DNA from: Octopus vulgaris
Taxonomy: Eukaryota
Direction of reading: 5' to 3'
Assembly: GCA_951406725.2 (NCBI GenBank)
Contig: OX597814.1
Coordinates: 88,412,001-88,476,000 of the forward strand
DNA length: 64,000 nt
Shown: positions 27,438 to 41,600 of the stretch, one piece after another
How the letters are laid out: every line of letters starts with the position of its first letter
Position numbering within the stretch: position 1 is the stretch's first letter
Made by a program: the position numbers and the translations under genes
Notes under the pieces: generated by a model
What the model was told of the DNA's origin: nothing
The model's database searches: none
Seen by the model: only the letters and a program-made list of their open reading frames with translations

Positions 27438-28096
27438 CTAGAAGAGAAAAAAAAGAAAAAAAGTATATAAATCATAATGAATGAATAATTTTCAGTAAAG
27501 CTTAAATTTATAACGAGAAATAAAAAAGATCCAGTCTCATGACTGAAACAAGTAAAAGGAAAATATAATTAAAAACTTGTTCCAAAAACACAATACTCTT
27601 CAAAAGAAATGATTTAGGGTGCCAAAGAAAAGAAGATAATTATATACAATGAGAGCTATAAACAACAATACTTTAAGAAGAAAAAAAAAACTTGCACTGA
27701 GGTAAAAGGTAGCCAAAATAATAAATAATCATTGGCTCGAAAATACAAATCAAAAACTAACATTATAGTCAACTATATCAACCCCAGCAAATGCCCAGTA
27801 CTTACTGTATCAACTTTGAACTCATAAAATAGAGAGACAAAATTAATTACTATTGGGCATTTAGTTTAGGTGCACTATGGCATATCCATAACACCCACTC
27901 CAATTTTGTAAGGGAAGATCTTTTTTGCAGCTATCTTTAACAGGTGAAATATTCACTTTCGTTATAGGTCTATTACTATCAGAAATTTTGAATTGAACAA
28001 CAAACATGTATTCAAGCATGTGTACTAACAGATAACTTACTATGTGTGAGAATGACAGTGTTCAAATTGTGTGTGTGCATGTATATGAAACAAAGC

Positions 28097-28129
<33 letters not shown>

Positions 28130-30676
28130 ATGAATAAATAATATCAAAATAATACCAATTTCTTTTTCCAATCTCCTGTCTTGATATGTAATTACTCTGC
28201 AAAAAATAGCTTCCAGAATTTTCAACATTTACATATGACTTTGGAGTACTGGAATAAGCAGGTATGTTTCAAGATGACATAGCTTGATTTTAACCTTCTC
28301 TACATAATTTTATATTATATATATATCACAATTGTTTGAGGAAAGGGAATGTGAAACTGAGTAACAATTCTGTGATAATTTTGCAGCTTTAATAAAAAGT
28401 ATATATATATATACATACATATATGATCTTTTTCGTTGCTATATTTTTTATTAGTTAAAATTTCTTGGACTCACTACAATAAGTACATAAGCACACACTC
28501 TCCTATTTATTTTTTTCATTCAGGTAGTATCCCATGGTAGTCTCTCCCTACATCATTCTTCTAAGTTCGTTAAAAGCTACTTTTAAGAACAAAAGAAAAA
28601 CTGCATCAATGAAAGGAACACAATGAGTTGAAATGTATTCCCACTGAAGTATTTTTGTTGTTATTCTTAATTGTTTGATCTAGAGGAGGGAGCTATGCCC
28701 ATGCTACTTTCAAGTGATCTGAAGATGGTGAAAGTGAAACGATACATATTCATTTTGAACAGCTGAAAGTTGACAAATAAAAGACACACAGGGAAGAAAT
28801 TTCAGAGGTGTGAAGTTTTACAGAGAAAGGACTGGCAAAATAGCTTGGTTGCACATGATACAGGTGACAAGAGTAAATCTGTGGCCTAGATTAGAAAGTG
28901 CTAGTGTGACTTCATCTTAATCAGTTGGGAAGCATTTTTTAGATACCAACTAAGATGTCTGTATTTTTAACAGCAACATCAAAGCAAATAAGGGAATGTT
29001 CATTGTGGTTCTCATTCCCTTTATGCTCAGCTTAATAAATTTTAATCAACAATAATTGGCACTATCTTCATGTTTTTCATCTTCCACAGTCAGGTTATCT
29101 CTATGTAAGAGGTTTGTATATGCCACCTTTCTTACCTTCCTTCTTAACTATTTGTAGGCCAAATAGGCATACAACTATATCATAGTTGTATGCTATTATC
29201 GATAATAGAATGCAAGTGGTTTACTCTGTCCACCACCACTAGGCCTGGTTTGTTGTGCTCGGTCTGTTTGAATTGGGAAATCCCACAGGATTTTGCAAGT
29301 CTCCAATTAAGTAACTCTCTGTGGTTTGTGGTCATACCATGTCTTACCTCTCTCTAACACCTGCTTTTCACATAGTTGCCAATGCAGAACCTTTGCTACC
29401 TTATCATGCTGCCACTACTTATACTGATTTCGGGCAAGTCCTGGGTAACCTGCTGGCAGAATCTTTAGCATGCTAGGCAAAATGCTTAACAGCATTTCAT
29501 CAGTCCATTACATACTGAGTTTAGATGTTGCCAAGGTCAACTTCACCTTTCAGTGTCAATAAAATAAGTACAAGTTGAGCTGTGGAGTTGATGTAATTGA
29601 CTTAAACCTCCCCCCACTCTTGCTGGCCTTGTGTCAAAATTTGAAATCACTATTATTATAATACTAGCATAGGTGGAAAATGGTTTTAATCTATTTTCTA
29701 TTTTCATTTATCAATTGCATTTTGCATCTTGATATTAACGATGACTTAACTGAGTAGTACTAGAAAAACTTGTCAGTCAGGTACATTAAACCAAATAGAG
29801 GTGTATGCTTTCTTCTGAAGCACAATATAATGACTACAGAAAGATTTGATATTGTGAACACAAGTTACTAACTATTCTATTATCTTAGCTTCACAGATCG
29901 TTGTAGTCACTGGACATTAAAACAATACATATCTATCACTAGCTTGGTTGCACAGCTTTTGCTTTCTCATGTCATGTACAGAAGTGTATGACTGACAATT
30001 TAGATGTTTCTTTTTCAGCAGGAATAGTTTTGTGGTTAAGAAGTTTACTCTGCAAGATGGTTTTGGGTTCAGCCTACTTTGCAGCACCTTGGGCAAATCT
30101 TCCCTTCCTACAGCTGTGAGCTGCCCAGTGCCTTGTGAGTGAATTCAGTAGAAGGAAATTGTGTGGAAATGCATGTGTATGCGTATTTGTCCTCTTACTT
30201 CCTGAGAACCAATGTTGGTTTGTTTACATCTACATAACAAATAGTTCAGCAAAAAGAGAATAACGGAATGAATACCAGACTTAAATAAGTACTGGAGTTA
30301 ATTTGTTTTGACTAAACCTTTCAAGATGGTACTATGGTGCCTAAGCATGGGTGCAGTCCAGTGAGTGAATTAAAATAAAATTTTATTTTCATACAAAATA
30401 CAGCAAGCTTTTAACTACCATCAAAACATTACGTTAAATCTTTAATAAAGAACAGAATAAATCTATCTCATCATAACCGTTTATAATTTCTACTAATCAA
30501 TAATATTGTTCTGAACGACTTTCTTCTGGTAAAATTGCTTATATATTTTGTGACGAGTAATTTTATCTCTGCTCCTAAGTCCATGAAATGACATGCTCAT
30601 AATATTACATCTCATGCAAAAAGTTGACATCTGAACTGTGAGACACTTTAAAATATTATTAGACAACAAAGCTTAT

Positions 30677-30885
30677 GAGCTGGCAGAAACGTTAGCATGC
30701 CAGGCGAAATGCTTAGCGGTATTTTGTTTGTCTTTATGTCCTGAGTTCAAATTCTGCCAAGGCTGACTTTGCCTTTCATCCTTTTGGGGTTGATAAATTA
30801 AGTACCAGTTGTGTACTGGGTTGATCTAATTGACTGGCCACCTCCCCAAAAATTTCAGGCCTTGTGCCTAGAGTAGAAAAGAATA
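30677..30885 (+). mobile_element. MetaSINE-type monomer (others at 1430-1645, 1665-1875, 31155-31340, 44205-44420 on minus; 29450-29650, 41376-41540, 53866-53990 on plus)
   Basis: Same head and core as 61719-62497, with an apparent target-site duplication AATATTATTAGACAACA on both sides. Confidence 0.8.
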
Positions 30886-31999
30886 TTATTAGACAACACT
30901 ATCTAAAGCAACTATCCTTACCATAGACAGAAAACTATACACTATCTTTAGTAAAACATCATTTCTGTAGGTCCTGAGTTTTTGTTCACAGGCTTGAAGT
31001 AAAATTTATAAGACTGGTGCATGTCATTACTCCATTGCATGCAATTAGTAAAAGGTGTGTTGCAGACAAAAACAAAACCAATTAAAAATACACTCTCATT
31101 ATAATTTCTAAACATATTTGAGAAACTGTCCACCAACTGAAAATTTCCATAATATTGATTTAAAATTTTGGTACAAGGCCAGCAATTTCAGGGGATTACA
31201 TCAACCCCAGAGTTCAATTGGTACTTATTTTATTGACCCAGAAAAGATGAAAGACAAAGCTGACCTCAGAATGTAAAGACAGATGAAATGCTGCAAAGCA
31301 TTTTGTCCAGCATGCTAATGATTCTCCCACCTCACTGCCTTTGAAAATTTTCATAATATTGCTTGTTCCAGAGCCTAGAAGAAACCCTGATACAGCAGAC
31401 ATGATAAAATCATTCTAACTTTGACCATCTCCACTTCTTCCTTGGCATAATATATCTATCTAGGAGTATAGTATTTAATGTGTCTTTCTTTTTAAGATAA
31501 TATACTGTTAATTGAAGAAAATTTGGCTACAATCTTTTAGCAAGCCAAGTGAAAAGCAATGTTATTTAGAAATGAGGGAGAGCAATATTTTGGTCATCTA
31601 CTCATTTGTTCAATGTAAACATATATTAAAATCCATCTCAAATGTACTCAAATGATTACAAAGCCAAATTTTGATTGGAAAAAGATAAATAATTACTGTT
31701 TTAATTTCCTTTTGTTTGACTTAATCTCACACAAGAGGAATGCTGATTGAAAAACATAATTAATTTTTTAACTAGATATTTTCTTTTCATCAAATGTATA
31801 CTTCAGTTGTTATTTAACCCTGAGTCAACCCTAACCAAGTTAACCTAAGAACAATGTCATTCTGGCTATGGCCATTTTATCTTTGTTTGTGAAACAGTAT
31901 ATCTTGGATCAGATTATCTACTGTATCATTCTTTCTTCTACTTCTAAGAGGTCAAGCAATCACATAAAAGTACCTTTTTTGGTTCAAATGTATACTTAT

Positions 32000-32360
32000 G
32001 AATTTTGTTGTATCGTGTTAGGGTCATTATGCCAATAATAAACACGTTAACTGATCCACTGCTTTATTATTAGTCAATTGGTTAATCATTTAGCCAATCA
32101 ATTAATCAATCAGTTGGTTAAACACTCAATCAGATACCTGCCAATGTACTTTTGACACCATTCACAAACTCATCAATGACATGTCCTCCAGATCTGCTTT
32201 AAATCTGACTAACTGTTTAACCAACTGATTAAGCAAGCAATTAAATCGCTTGTTTGGTTAAATAACTAATCAACTAATAATAAAGCAAAATTGTATGGAC
32301 ATGTGGGTGCGTGTTTATTACTGGTATAACGAGCTCCCACCCAAGTTACAACAAAATTTG
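32000..32360. repeat. Old imperfect foldback/MITE-like inverted repeat
   Basis: AATAAACACG...GCTTTATTATTAG...AATCAGTTGGTTAAACA versus TGTTTAACCAACTGATT...CTAATAATAAAGC...CGTGTTTATT. Confidence 0.65.
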
Positions 32361-32588
32361 TTTTAACACACAGGTTCACATCAAGAGTCTTACAAAGCAA
32401 ATACAAAAACAAAAAATACTAACGTAACTAACTAAAATTTGGGTAAAAAAAACAAACAAGAAAAACTATCTGCAACACTAACAGAGAGAGGTTATTAAAG
32501 TTTATGGAAATAAATAATATGGTTGAGTGGGCAAACGAAAAAAAGGGCACAACACATTTATTGGGAGTTATATGTGTTATTCAAAATG

Positions 32589-32731
32589 GTTTGATTCGGA
32601 TTCCATGCTACTTCAAGCTTCACAAACCCCTAATGGAGCCAGTCTCCTCAAGCTGGTATCCCACCAACTTGAGGAGACTGGCTCCATTAGGGGTTTGTGA
32701 AGCTTGAAGTAGCATGGAATCCAAATCAAAC
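32589..32731. repeat. 143-nt hairpin with 69-bp arms and a 5-nt loop
   Basis: Arms 32589-32657 and 32663-32731 are reverse complements with only 2 mismatches. Confidence 0.95.
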
Positions 32732-34519
32732 TGCTTAGAAGTAAATAACATCAAGGTATCATTTAGCAAACAAATTTTCTGCCTGAAAGACAATCATTAT
32801 CCCTTTCACCATGTTATGTCTGTTTTCACTATACAGGGTGGGTTGGACAGATCTCGCTATTTCACCAGCCAGTACAGACCATCTTATTTCTTGCCATGGT
32901 CTTTTATCCCTACCTACTACAGTCTTTCATCTCACCATCTGCTGTGATCTTTCGCTTTGGTATTCACTGCAGTCCTTCCTCTCCTCATCCAATGCAATCC
33001 TTTGTCTCATGTTCCTTTAAGTCACTCATGGACACTGTTTTATCACATGACACACAAAACTCTGTTGTAGTGTACATGTTGTAGTATGGGGTGGGTGCAT
33101 ATTATTGGACACCACCTCAAGAAAGGTTGCCTGCTACTAATCTAAGGAATCCCCTCTATGCTGGTCATTACATTTTTATGAAATAGTTAAACTGAGGATA
33201 AAAAAGACTGACCTAATGTCCGCTTTCTGCTGCACCAAGGTCATATGATTGTTTTTCTTATAAGGATGAATGTTTGAATTTTAGCATTATTTATTGCATT
33301 TTGGATTATGTGAACCCAAATATTATTTTAAATATGTCCATGTGAAATTGAATTATTTATGTACTAAAGATACTTATTAACTATACATTCATAATTTCCT
33401 TTTACAATTTCCTACACAACATTTTTGCCAGATGGATTGTGCTGAAAGGCTTGCATATTACAAGAAGTTAAAAAAGGACAAAAGAGCAGCTCAAAACATG
33501 GCAAATTATCGAAAGAAGAAATATTACAAAAGCAAAGAGCAAGAATACACAGAGAAAAGGGATGCAGAGAAAGAGGATACCATGAAAAGGAGAGGTAGAC
33601 TAACAAAGGAAGATATCAAGAATGAAGCAAAGAAGGCAAAAAGGGAGCAAAATGCTTGATATCAAGCAAAGTGCGAAGAACAACAGGCTTCTCATGAGAA
33701 GAAGATGATGATGAACTGATAGAGAGTGGCGAGGCATAGAGCAAAGTAGAGGGAAGCAAAGGAAACATGTCAAGAAAAAGATGGCCAAGTTATGAACTTA
33801 TCCCCAGCACACCTAGGATATCAACTTATGTCAACATAAATCTCAAAATTCATTACTGTATCTATGTTTAGACATGTGAGAATGGAACCAAAGTTGTTTA
33901 CACTATGTGCACAGATATGAATACATAAGGCCAAACTGTTAACAGAAATCTTTGATGAAAAATACATATCTGTCAACATATCAGTCCTAATTTCATAAAA
34001 TGTCTTAATAATGGCCAACATACATATGCTATTAATTTTTGAAAGTTTCAACTCTTAACTCTTGCAAAAGCAAAATATTATAGAATATATGAAAGTGCTT
34101 TAATATCAATTCAAAGTAATGCCTTCAAAATTGAGAATCTAATTTGATTAAATAAAATATGAGATTAATTCATATTTCATATGTTATGGTTATGTACTAA
34201 CAGTGAATGAAAAGGTATTTATCAGGAATATTTACAAGCAATTTAAGAAGAAAAAAAAATTTCTCCTTTTTTTTCAATATATTCAGGAATTTTTATGTAA
34301 TTTGATACCCCTAATTAGAATGCTAATTTATGTGCATTTTGATCAAGAATTTAAAACTTCTTTTACATCAAATGAAAATTTGTATACTCAACTACAATAA
34401 ACAGCAAAAAAAAAAAAAAAAGCATTTTCACCAAGTTTTTTTCATTTTGCTTGTTACGCATTTGGGTACACTGATTGTGTAATTTACATTAATGTAAATG
34501 TTATCAGTCGCACATACAT

Positions 34520-34848
34520 AGAAAAATGTGAGCATGAAAAGTGTTTATTCTCAAGATTATAAGCCTGGAAAAGTACAGGACAAGTTATTACACTTGTAGT
34601 AAATTAGTAAGGTAGTAAATTAGCCAAATTCTTCTTAAATAAGTATAGTGTTATTTACAAACTATAGTAAAATAAGTTTTAAGATTCAAATTTTAATTTT
34701 AGTGGCAACATTTTAAGTAAAAAGTTTCTTATTCTTTACTTTACTAGAAGTAATAGCTTGTCCTATACTTTTACAGGTGTAATAACTTGTCCTGTACTTT
34801 TCCAGGTTTATAATCTTAAGAATATTACTTTTCATGCTTACATTTTTC
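34520..34848. repeat. Foldback/MITE-like inverted repeat with ~80-bp arms
   Basis: CCTGGAAAAGTACAGGACAAGTTATTACAC versus GTGTAATAACTTGTCCTGTACTTTTCCAGG. Confidence 0.8.
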
Positions 34849-35629
34849 CATGTAATCCGTCAATTAATAATCTAAGATTTTACCTTATAAAAATATTGAA
34901 AGATAATATTTCAATTTTTTTCATGTTTAATTTAAATATATGTTGTGATTGAATTATTTGATATTACCCATCCACACCAAATTAATGGCAGGGATTTTTA
35001 CCATGATGTTGGTTGCATCATGGCTCACCAAAAGTTACAAACAACATATTCTTTATTCTTATTTACAAACAATATATTCTTTATTCTTATTGCTGAAGCA
35101 TTAATCCCTTACTTACTGACATAAAATTTTGCAACATTTTACCTCATAACTCTTTTTCTACTAATTTTTGTTCAATGAGACTAGCGATTCTGAATTCCTC
35201 ATGCATTTTTCTACCATTTAAGCCAAAGAAAAGTATATTTTTAATATAAAATTTTAAAAACTTATGCTAATTGAAGATGAATATCTGCTTTGCTGCCTAC
35301 CCCCCTTGAAGTCGCAGATATTTTGATGTAACTTTTTTTCTACAGAATCAAATCTCAAACTATTTATGCCAAAGTGTAGCTGAGGAGGTGTCCTCTTTAA
35401 AACTATTAACAGTTTGCAATTTAGTTGAGAACTGAATTAGTTGTGAAGCTTGGAAGCTGCTGTGATTGACGAAATGGTGGACTTAAGAATATATCCAACC
35501 ACTCGTTTCACATTGGCAAAAGTGATTCTGATAGTGTTTATTTTGATTGACAAAGTTTTGTTTGAGATGAGATATGTAAATCTGAATTTAAAGGTTAAAA
35601 ACCGCAAAAACTTTGTTGACAAACCGAAT

Positions 35630-36003
35630 ATATATATATATAATAATAAACGTGAAATTCTGTCTGTCCAGCTGTTGGGGACCCCTGAATCTCAGTCTAC
35701 ATTTGCTCTACATAGACATACAATTCCTTTTTGGGATCAGGATGATCCCAGGATTGAGAATCTACCCTTCATTTGGCTCTTGAACATCCAGCACTGGGAT
35801 CAGGTCTGGATGAGGATTTGTTATATGGTAATAGTTGAAAATTCAAATTTTAAAAGAACTCAAAAAAATTGTGAACTTAAAATTTTTTTCATTTAACTGA
35901 ATTTAAAGTAATACCATACTGGTAGAGTACCAATAAATATTTTATTATTACTGCTTTCTTCAGTTTTGGGCCATAGTCCCAATTAGCCCTTTGCAGAAGC
36001 TAG
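35630..36003 (+). mobile_element. Older Helitron-like non-autonomous element
   Basis: TATATAATAATAAACGTGAAATTCTGTCTGTCC 5' signature and a CTAG 3' end. The hairpin is degraded. Confidence 0.4.
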
Positions 36004-37499
36004 CTTAAAAGTCCGCATGAAGTGCGGCTTTTAAGTTAGTATGTACATATATTACAAATATACACACATATAACTGGAAGTCTTTTAAGCCCAGGTTTGC
36101 TAAAAGAGGGGTCTGATTCCAGGATGTTAAACCACAAAAAAGAAAGAAAGAAAAAAAAGACCACAATAAGTAATTCATAAAAGCACAAATAATGATGATA
36201 TACATATGTATTTACACCTCAGATGAAGAGATGAATTAATACAACATAATTCGTATAATCTTATCTTTGTTGGAGATATCAGAAAGAAAATGAGAAATGT
36301 AGACAGTTAAGAGAGTAATTTCTTATCTAACAACTTCATTTCTCATTATCTTGTAAAAACACATATTTCAAGTCATGTCACCAACTGCTTGCTCTATTTC
36401 AGTGTGAACATGCATTGGATAAATCAATAGAGTGCAGAGTAACTGATCAATCAATAAAAAGATGTCAGTAATAACATCTATGGATTTTGTAGCCACCAGT
36501 AGATCGATTATAAATTTAAAAAATTCATTTACTGTTAGAGCAACTATCTTTTTATAGCCAGATGACCTTCTCTTGCTAACTACTCAACCATAAAAAACAA
36601 GAATAGAGCCTGTAATCACTTATGTAGAATTAAGATATGTATGTATGTATATGTAGACAGAGACGCACAGATGTGAGGTGCAGTTTAGTTTAAAAGAGCT
36701 TAATCTATTGTGGTAGAGGTAGGAGCAACAAAGAGAAGAAACAGTATATCTTGTCAGCTGGTGGTTGCACCATAAAATTGTACAGATATGCTTTTACTAA
36801 TAATATGAATTTCTTTTGATATCAGTTAGAGTTTAGCCCAGACGTGAAGGATGTTTTTGTTTCTTTTTTTTTTTTAAACTTGAAGGGTGCATTGAATTAA
36901 ATGTGATCAAAGAAAACCTCATAAAAGAAAATGACGATTAAGTATATAGGAAAATAAACCTACATCTATTTAAAAATGTAATTATTTAAGTTAAAAACAG
37001 AAATATAAGCTGATCTTTTAATGACAAATTTTATGAAGCAAATATATTTTATCTTTTACTTATTTCAATCATTGAACTGTGGACCAAATTGGTCATGGGT
37101 TTAGTCAAACAAATTGATGCTAAAACTTATTTTTTTATACCTGGTACTTATTCTATCAATCTCATTCACAAATAACTAAATTATGGGGATATAAACAGAC
37201 TAACACCAGTTGTCAAGAGGTGGTGGGGGGGACAAACATGAGTAATAATATATATGATAGGCCTCTTCCAGTTTCTGTCTGCCAAATTCACTTACAAGGC
37301 TTTGGTCAGCATGGGATTATAGTAGATACTTGCTCAAGATGCTATGCAGTGGGACTGAGCCCAAGGCTGCGTGGTTGGGAAACAAGCTCCTTATCCAAAC
37401 AGCTATGTCTGTGCCTAAAATAGTGGCCGCTCTAAGTACTCTAATAGTATTTTAATTATATTTTAGGTGAATTTCAACATACTTAATAATTGATGTATG

Positions 37500-38669
37500 C
37501 TCTTTATTAATTTCCTACTTTTTTCAGACAGAAAACATTCTTGAAGCATAGGCACCCCATAATTATGAACATGACAAAAAAGGACCATTGCTTACTTTTC
37601 TTGCATGAGTTCAAGCTTGGGCACAATGCCTCCCACACTGCTGCCAATATCAACAGAGCATGGGGAGAGGGGTCCACAAGTGATTGCACAGTACGAAGGT
37701 GGTTTCAGAAATTCCATGGTGGTGATGAGAGTCTTGAAGATGAAGAAGGTAGAGGATGGTCATGCAGTCTTGACAATGAACAACTGAAAGCAATTGTTGA
37801 ACAAAACCCTGAGTCAAAGTGTCAGAGAAATATCTCAGGCACTTGGTGTCAGTATTGCAATGGTCTCATGCAATCTACAGAAGATTAGTATGGTGAAAAA
37901 GCTCAATAAAAGGATACCACATGAGCTCAATGAAAATCAAAAAGTTTGGTGTTTTGAAGTGTGCTCGATGTTCTTTCTGCAAAACACCAAAGCTCCTTTC
38001 CTTGACCGAATAGTCACTTGTGACGAAAAGTGGATCCTTTATGATAACCATAAACAATCAAGTCAATGGCTTGACTGTGATGAGTCCCCCAAACATTTCC
38101 CAAAGCCAAAGTTGCATCAGCAAAAGATTATGATCTGTCTGGTAGTCTGCAATTGGTGTTGTCCATTACAGCTTTCTGGAAGCCAATCAGAGCATTACAG
38201 ACAAGGTTTGCTGCAATCAACTCACTGAAATGCATGCTCACTTGCAAAAAATGAGATCTACATTGGTGAATCGGCATGACCCAATTCTGCTCCACGATAA
38301 TGCAAAGCCACATATTACAAGAATGATGCTGCTGAAACTCACAGATTTGGGATATGAGACTTTACCACATCCTCCATATTCTCCTGATCTTTCACCCACT
38401 GACTACCATTTTTTTAAGCATTCAAACATGTTTATAAGTGATATAATTTTCAGGTCCAAACCAGAAGTGGAATCAGCTTTCAAAGATTTCTTAGCATCAA
38501 AGCCAATAAGTTTTTATCAACAAGGCAGAAATAATCTTGTTGATCGATGGCAGAGATGCATAGATGTCCATGGCTCATACATTGACTAATCAAAACATTT
38601 TTGTTGTTAATTTTGCCAGAATACAATTATGTTTCTGAAATTGGCTATTATTTTTGGAACAACCTAATA
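37500..38669 (+). mobile_element. Mariner (DD34D) transposon, frameshifted; right TIR present
   Basis: Three consecutive ORF fragments: N-terminal HTH (FLHEFKLGHNA...TVRRWFQKF), RIPHEL, TCDEKW, HDNAKPH, YSPDLSPTDY, with 34 residues between the last two Asp. Ends ...TTGGAACAACCTAATA. Left TIR not found. Confidence 0.92.
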
Positions 38670-41600
38670 GTATGCCAGCAACAAAAATATTTCTAATTCA
38701 AAATCTAAAACTTCTTCCTGAAGGCCCATCAGTTCCTTCTATCCTAAGTCAATAGAATATCTGAGGAAAGGTTAAAGACTACACATGTCACAATAAACAA
38801 GGTGATACAACTATAACAGATAGGCCATTAATGGACACATTGTCACAATCTAATGCCACTGAAGATAAGCATAAAGGCACATGGCTTAGTGGTTAGGCAG
38901 TTGCATTCACAGATACCAAATCATGCTCTCTATTCCCAGATAGGGTAGTGCATTGTATTCTTGAGTGAAACACTTCATTTCACATTGCTCCAGTTCACTC
39001 AGTTGTAAACGAATAACCTTGTGGTAGACTGGTGTTCTGTTCAAGGGGTATGTCGTGATGTTGGTCTATTAGATGCCATGGAAGCCAAGTAACCAGCCCT
39101 ATGTGTCCTAGTACTCGAGACAGTAACATCCAAGAGGACTTATTGACTTACTAAAGCTAAACCATACAACCAAGAACAAAACAAGTGATAAAAACTATCA
39201 TAACACAATCAATGAAAACAAAGGCTGTTACAAATGTATCAATCAAGTGACCTCAGCATAGTATACTTACAACTGTCAAATTTCTACCTTTGAAATGAAC
39301 AGTTTTAAATCCTTAGTCTTAGGACAAGAAACTCTTCAATTAAATCATAATTTAATTGTTTGATCTGTGTACAAAAAATATTTTCAAATAGCTACCTGTG
39401 ACATCAAGTAACACCAGCAGGTATACTTAGCAATAACAACAATAACAAAAGTCATAATTGGTTAGGAAACAACCCAACCCATTTTAAAAAGGAGATTTCA
39501 CTTAATTTCTTGCTTGTGAATGTTGTACATACACTTTAGAAGGAACGAGGCACAGGAAAATCATTATGTATTTACAACTGATTAAATATAACTTTATTTA
39601 TTTAATTGCATCGACATCATTATTTTTATTGACAGAAATATCATTACTCTGAAGCTCAGCAGTTTGACAAATAGAGTAAAATGAAAATAAATAATAGATT
39701 GAAATAAGTAAGTACTGGGTGTTGACATGATTAACAAAACCCTTGAAGGCACTACCTCAGCATGGATTGCAGTCTAATGACAAAAACCAATAAAAGAATA
39801 AATCAAGTCCCAGTGAAACACTGGGGTCAATGAAATTGACTTTTCCCCTTCCTCAAAATTGCTGTCCTTGTGGCAAAATTTGAAACCATAATTATTACTA
39901 TTTTTTTTATTTTTCTGAACATTTTGTTCCCTAGTTTATTAAATATTAATTAAAACTATATGAGAACTTGTTAAGTCACATATCATAAACATTTTGACTC
40001 TAAAAAAAAAAAAATGGCACAGACATACACACAGAGCACATACCAGAAGAGGAAAATAGTTAAGTTAAACATTGACATTATGGCACTTCAACAAATATTA
40101 GACAAAACATATAGCAAGACAATAACAGCAGACAGACAGGTCAGCAGGTAAATTATATAGTGACCGCTAACTGACATTGGCTACTTCCCAGACACAGGGA
40201 CATGATGAGCTCTCAAAAAATAGACATGAACTTCTAGAAATAAATATCAGCATGCTATGGTTATATCAGAGACGTAGACATAAGCTCAAAATAACAAATA
40301 AATACATAAAATACTTGGTGCTATGACCATAGGTTATACACTAAGACAACAATAGAAAGTCACAAGGTTATTTTATTTTCAAGGATCAGGTGAGTTTGAT
40401 TAGACATATGATAATATTTTCTACCCCTTCAAAACACACACACTCATAGCTGAACATATATAATGATAATACTGGTGTCTCTCTAGACAAAGTATCATTT
40501 TAATATAACTATGAAATCAGCCATTGAAATTAGCCCAAGATAGGAGAATAAGGCAATCAATTAACACCTAACCCAATATTTAGTCACTGAGGCCTTTAAA
40601 GAAACAAATATTTTGAGTGACTAAAAAAAATATATTGTGAGTTATGCTAAGTCCAATTACATGTCATCTGCACGACAAATCACAATATAAGTATATAAAC
40701 ATGGCTATTATTATAACTTGCATATTGAGTGGTCATCTTTGTATGTAAATACATTTTATATACAGTACTGAATCTACTACTTATGTAAACAAACATTAAT
40801 GCTTTAAGCATGTCAACTTGAACTCTGTATTGAGAGTCCTTACTTGCAACTGTATTGTTTCTTCTATTTTTGTATCTACATTCTATTTATGTATGTTAGT
40901 ATATAAAAATATTTCCTTTCATTACACAGTATCATCAAGGTTTAGTGTTTATTTCACATCCTACATCAGTTTCCTGGGACCAAAACTGACCTCTTATGAA
41001 TGTCAAACATATACACCTACTCAGTCTGATCTTTACAAGTGATGCTATTTATTCTAAACATAAACAAAAGGTGCATATTGGTATACAGTGAGATGAGGCA
41101 GAAACTAACATTTCAAGTAGGTTTCCATCAACAAAAGAAAGTAGATTCTACTTGTTCTAGCCTTGTCTAATCCTTAAGCATTCAGATTGCTCTGTCAGAT
41201 GTAATGCTTACTTATTCATATTGGTTTCAATTAATGATGCATTATCTTGTAGCTTTGAGATTTCAATGAAGTCAACTATCTTTTGGATGACATTGTAGGG
41301 TAGGTGTGAGAGGCTGGATGCGGCCAGTTTAAATGCTGAAGGGCTAGTGATTAATTAATCATTTTAATCAATAAGAGCAGGCAGAATCATTACCATGCCA
41401 AGTGAATTGTTTAATGGTATTTCATCAATCTTTACATTCTAAGTTCAAATTCCACTGAGGTTGACTTTGCCTTTCATCCTTTCAGAGTTACGATAATGAG
41501 TGCCAGTTGAACACTGGGGTCCCTATAATTGTTTTAACTACTCCTGAGTATGAGTATAAAAACTGCACTCCTCTGCCAGTTGGGCTGAGGAGGCTTATCA

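Noticed and set aside
37541-38589. Domesticated SETMAR-like or active transposase gene
   Set aside because: At least two frameshifts, WVPHEL decayed to RIPHEL, no SET domain and no left TIR.
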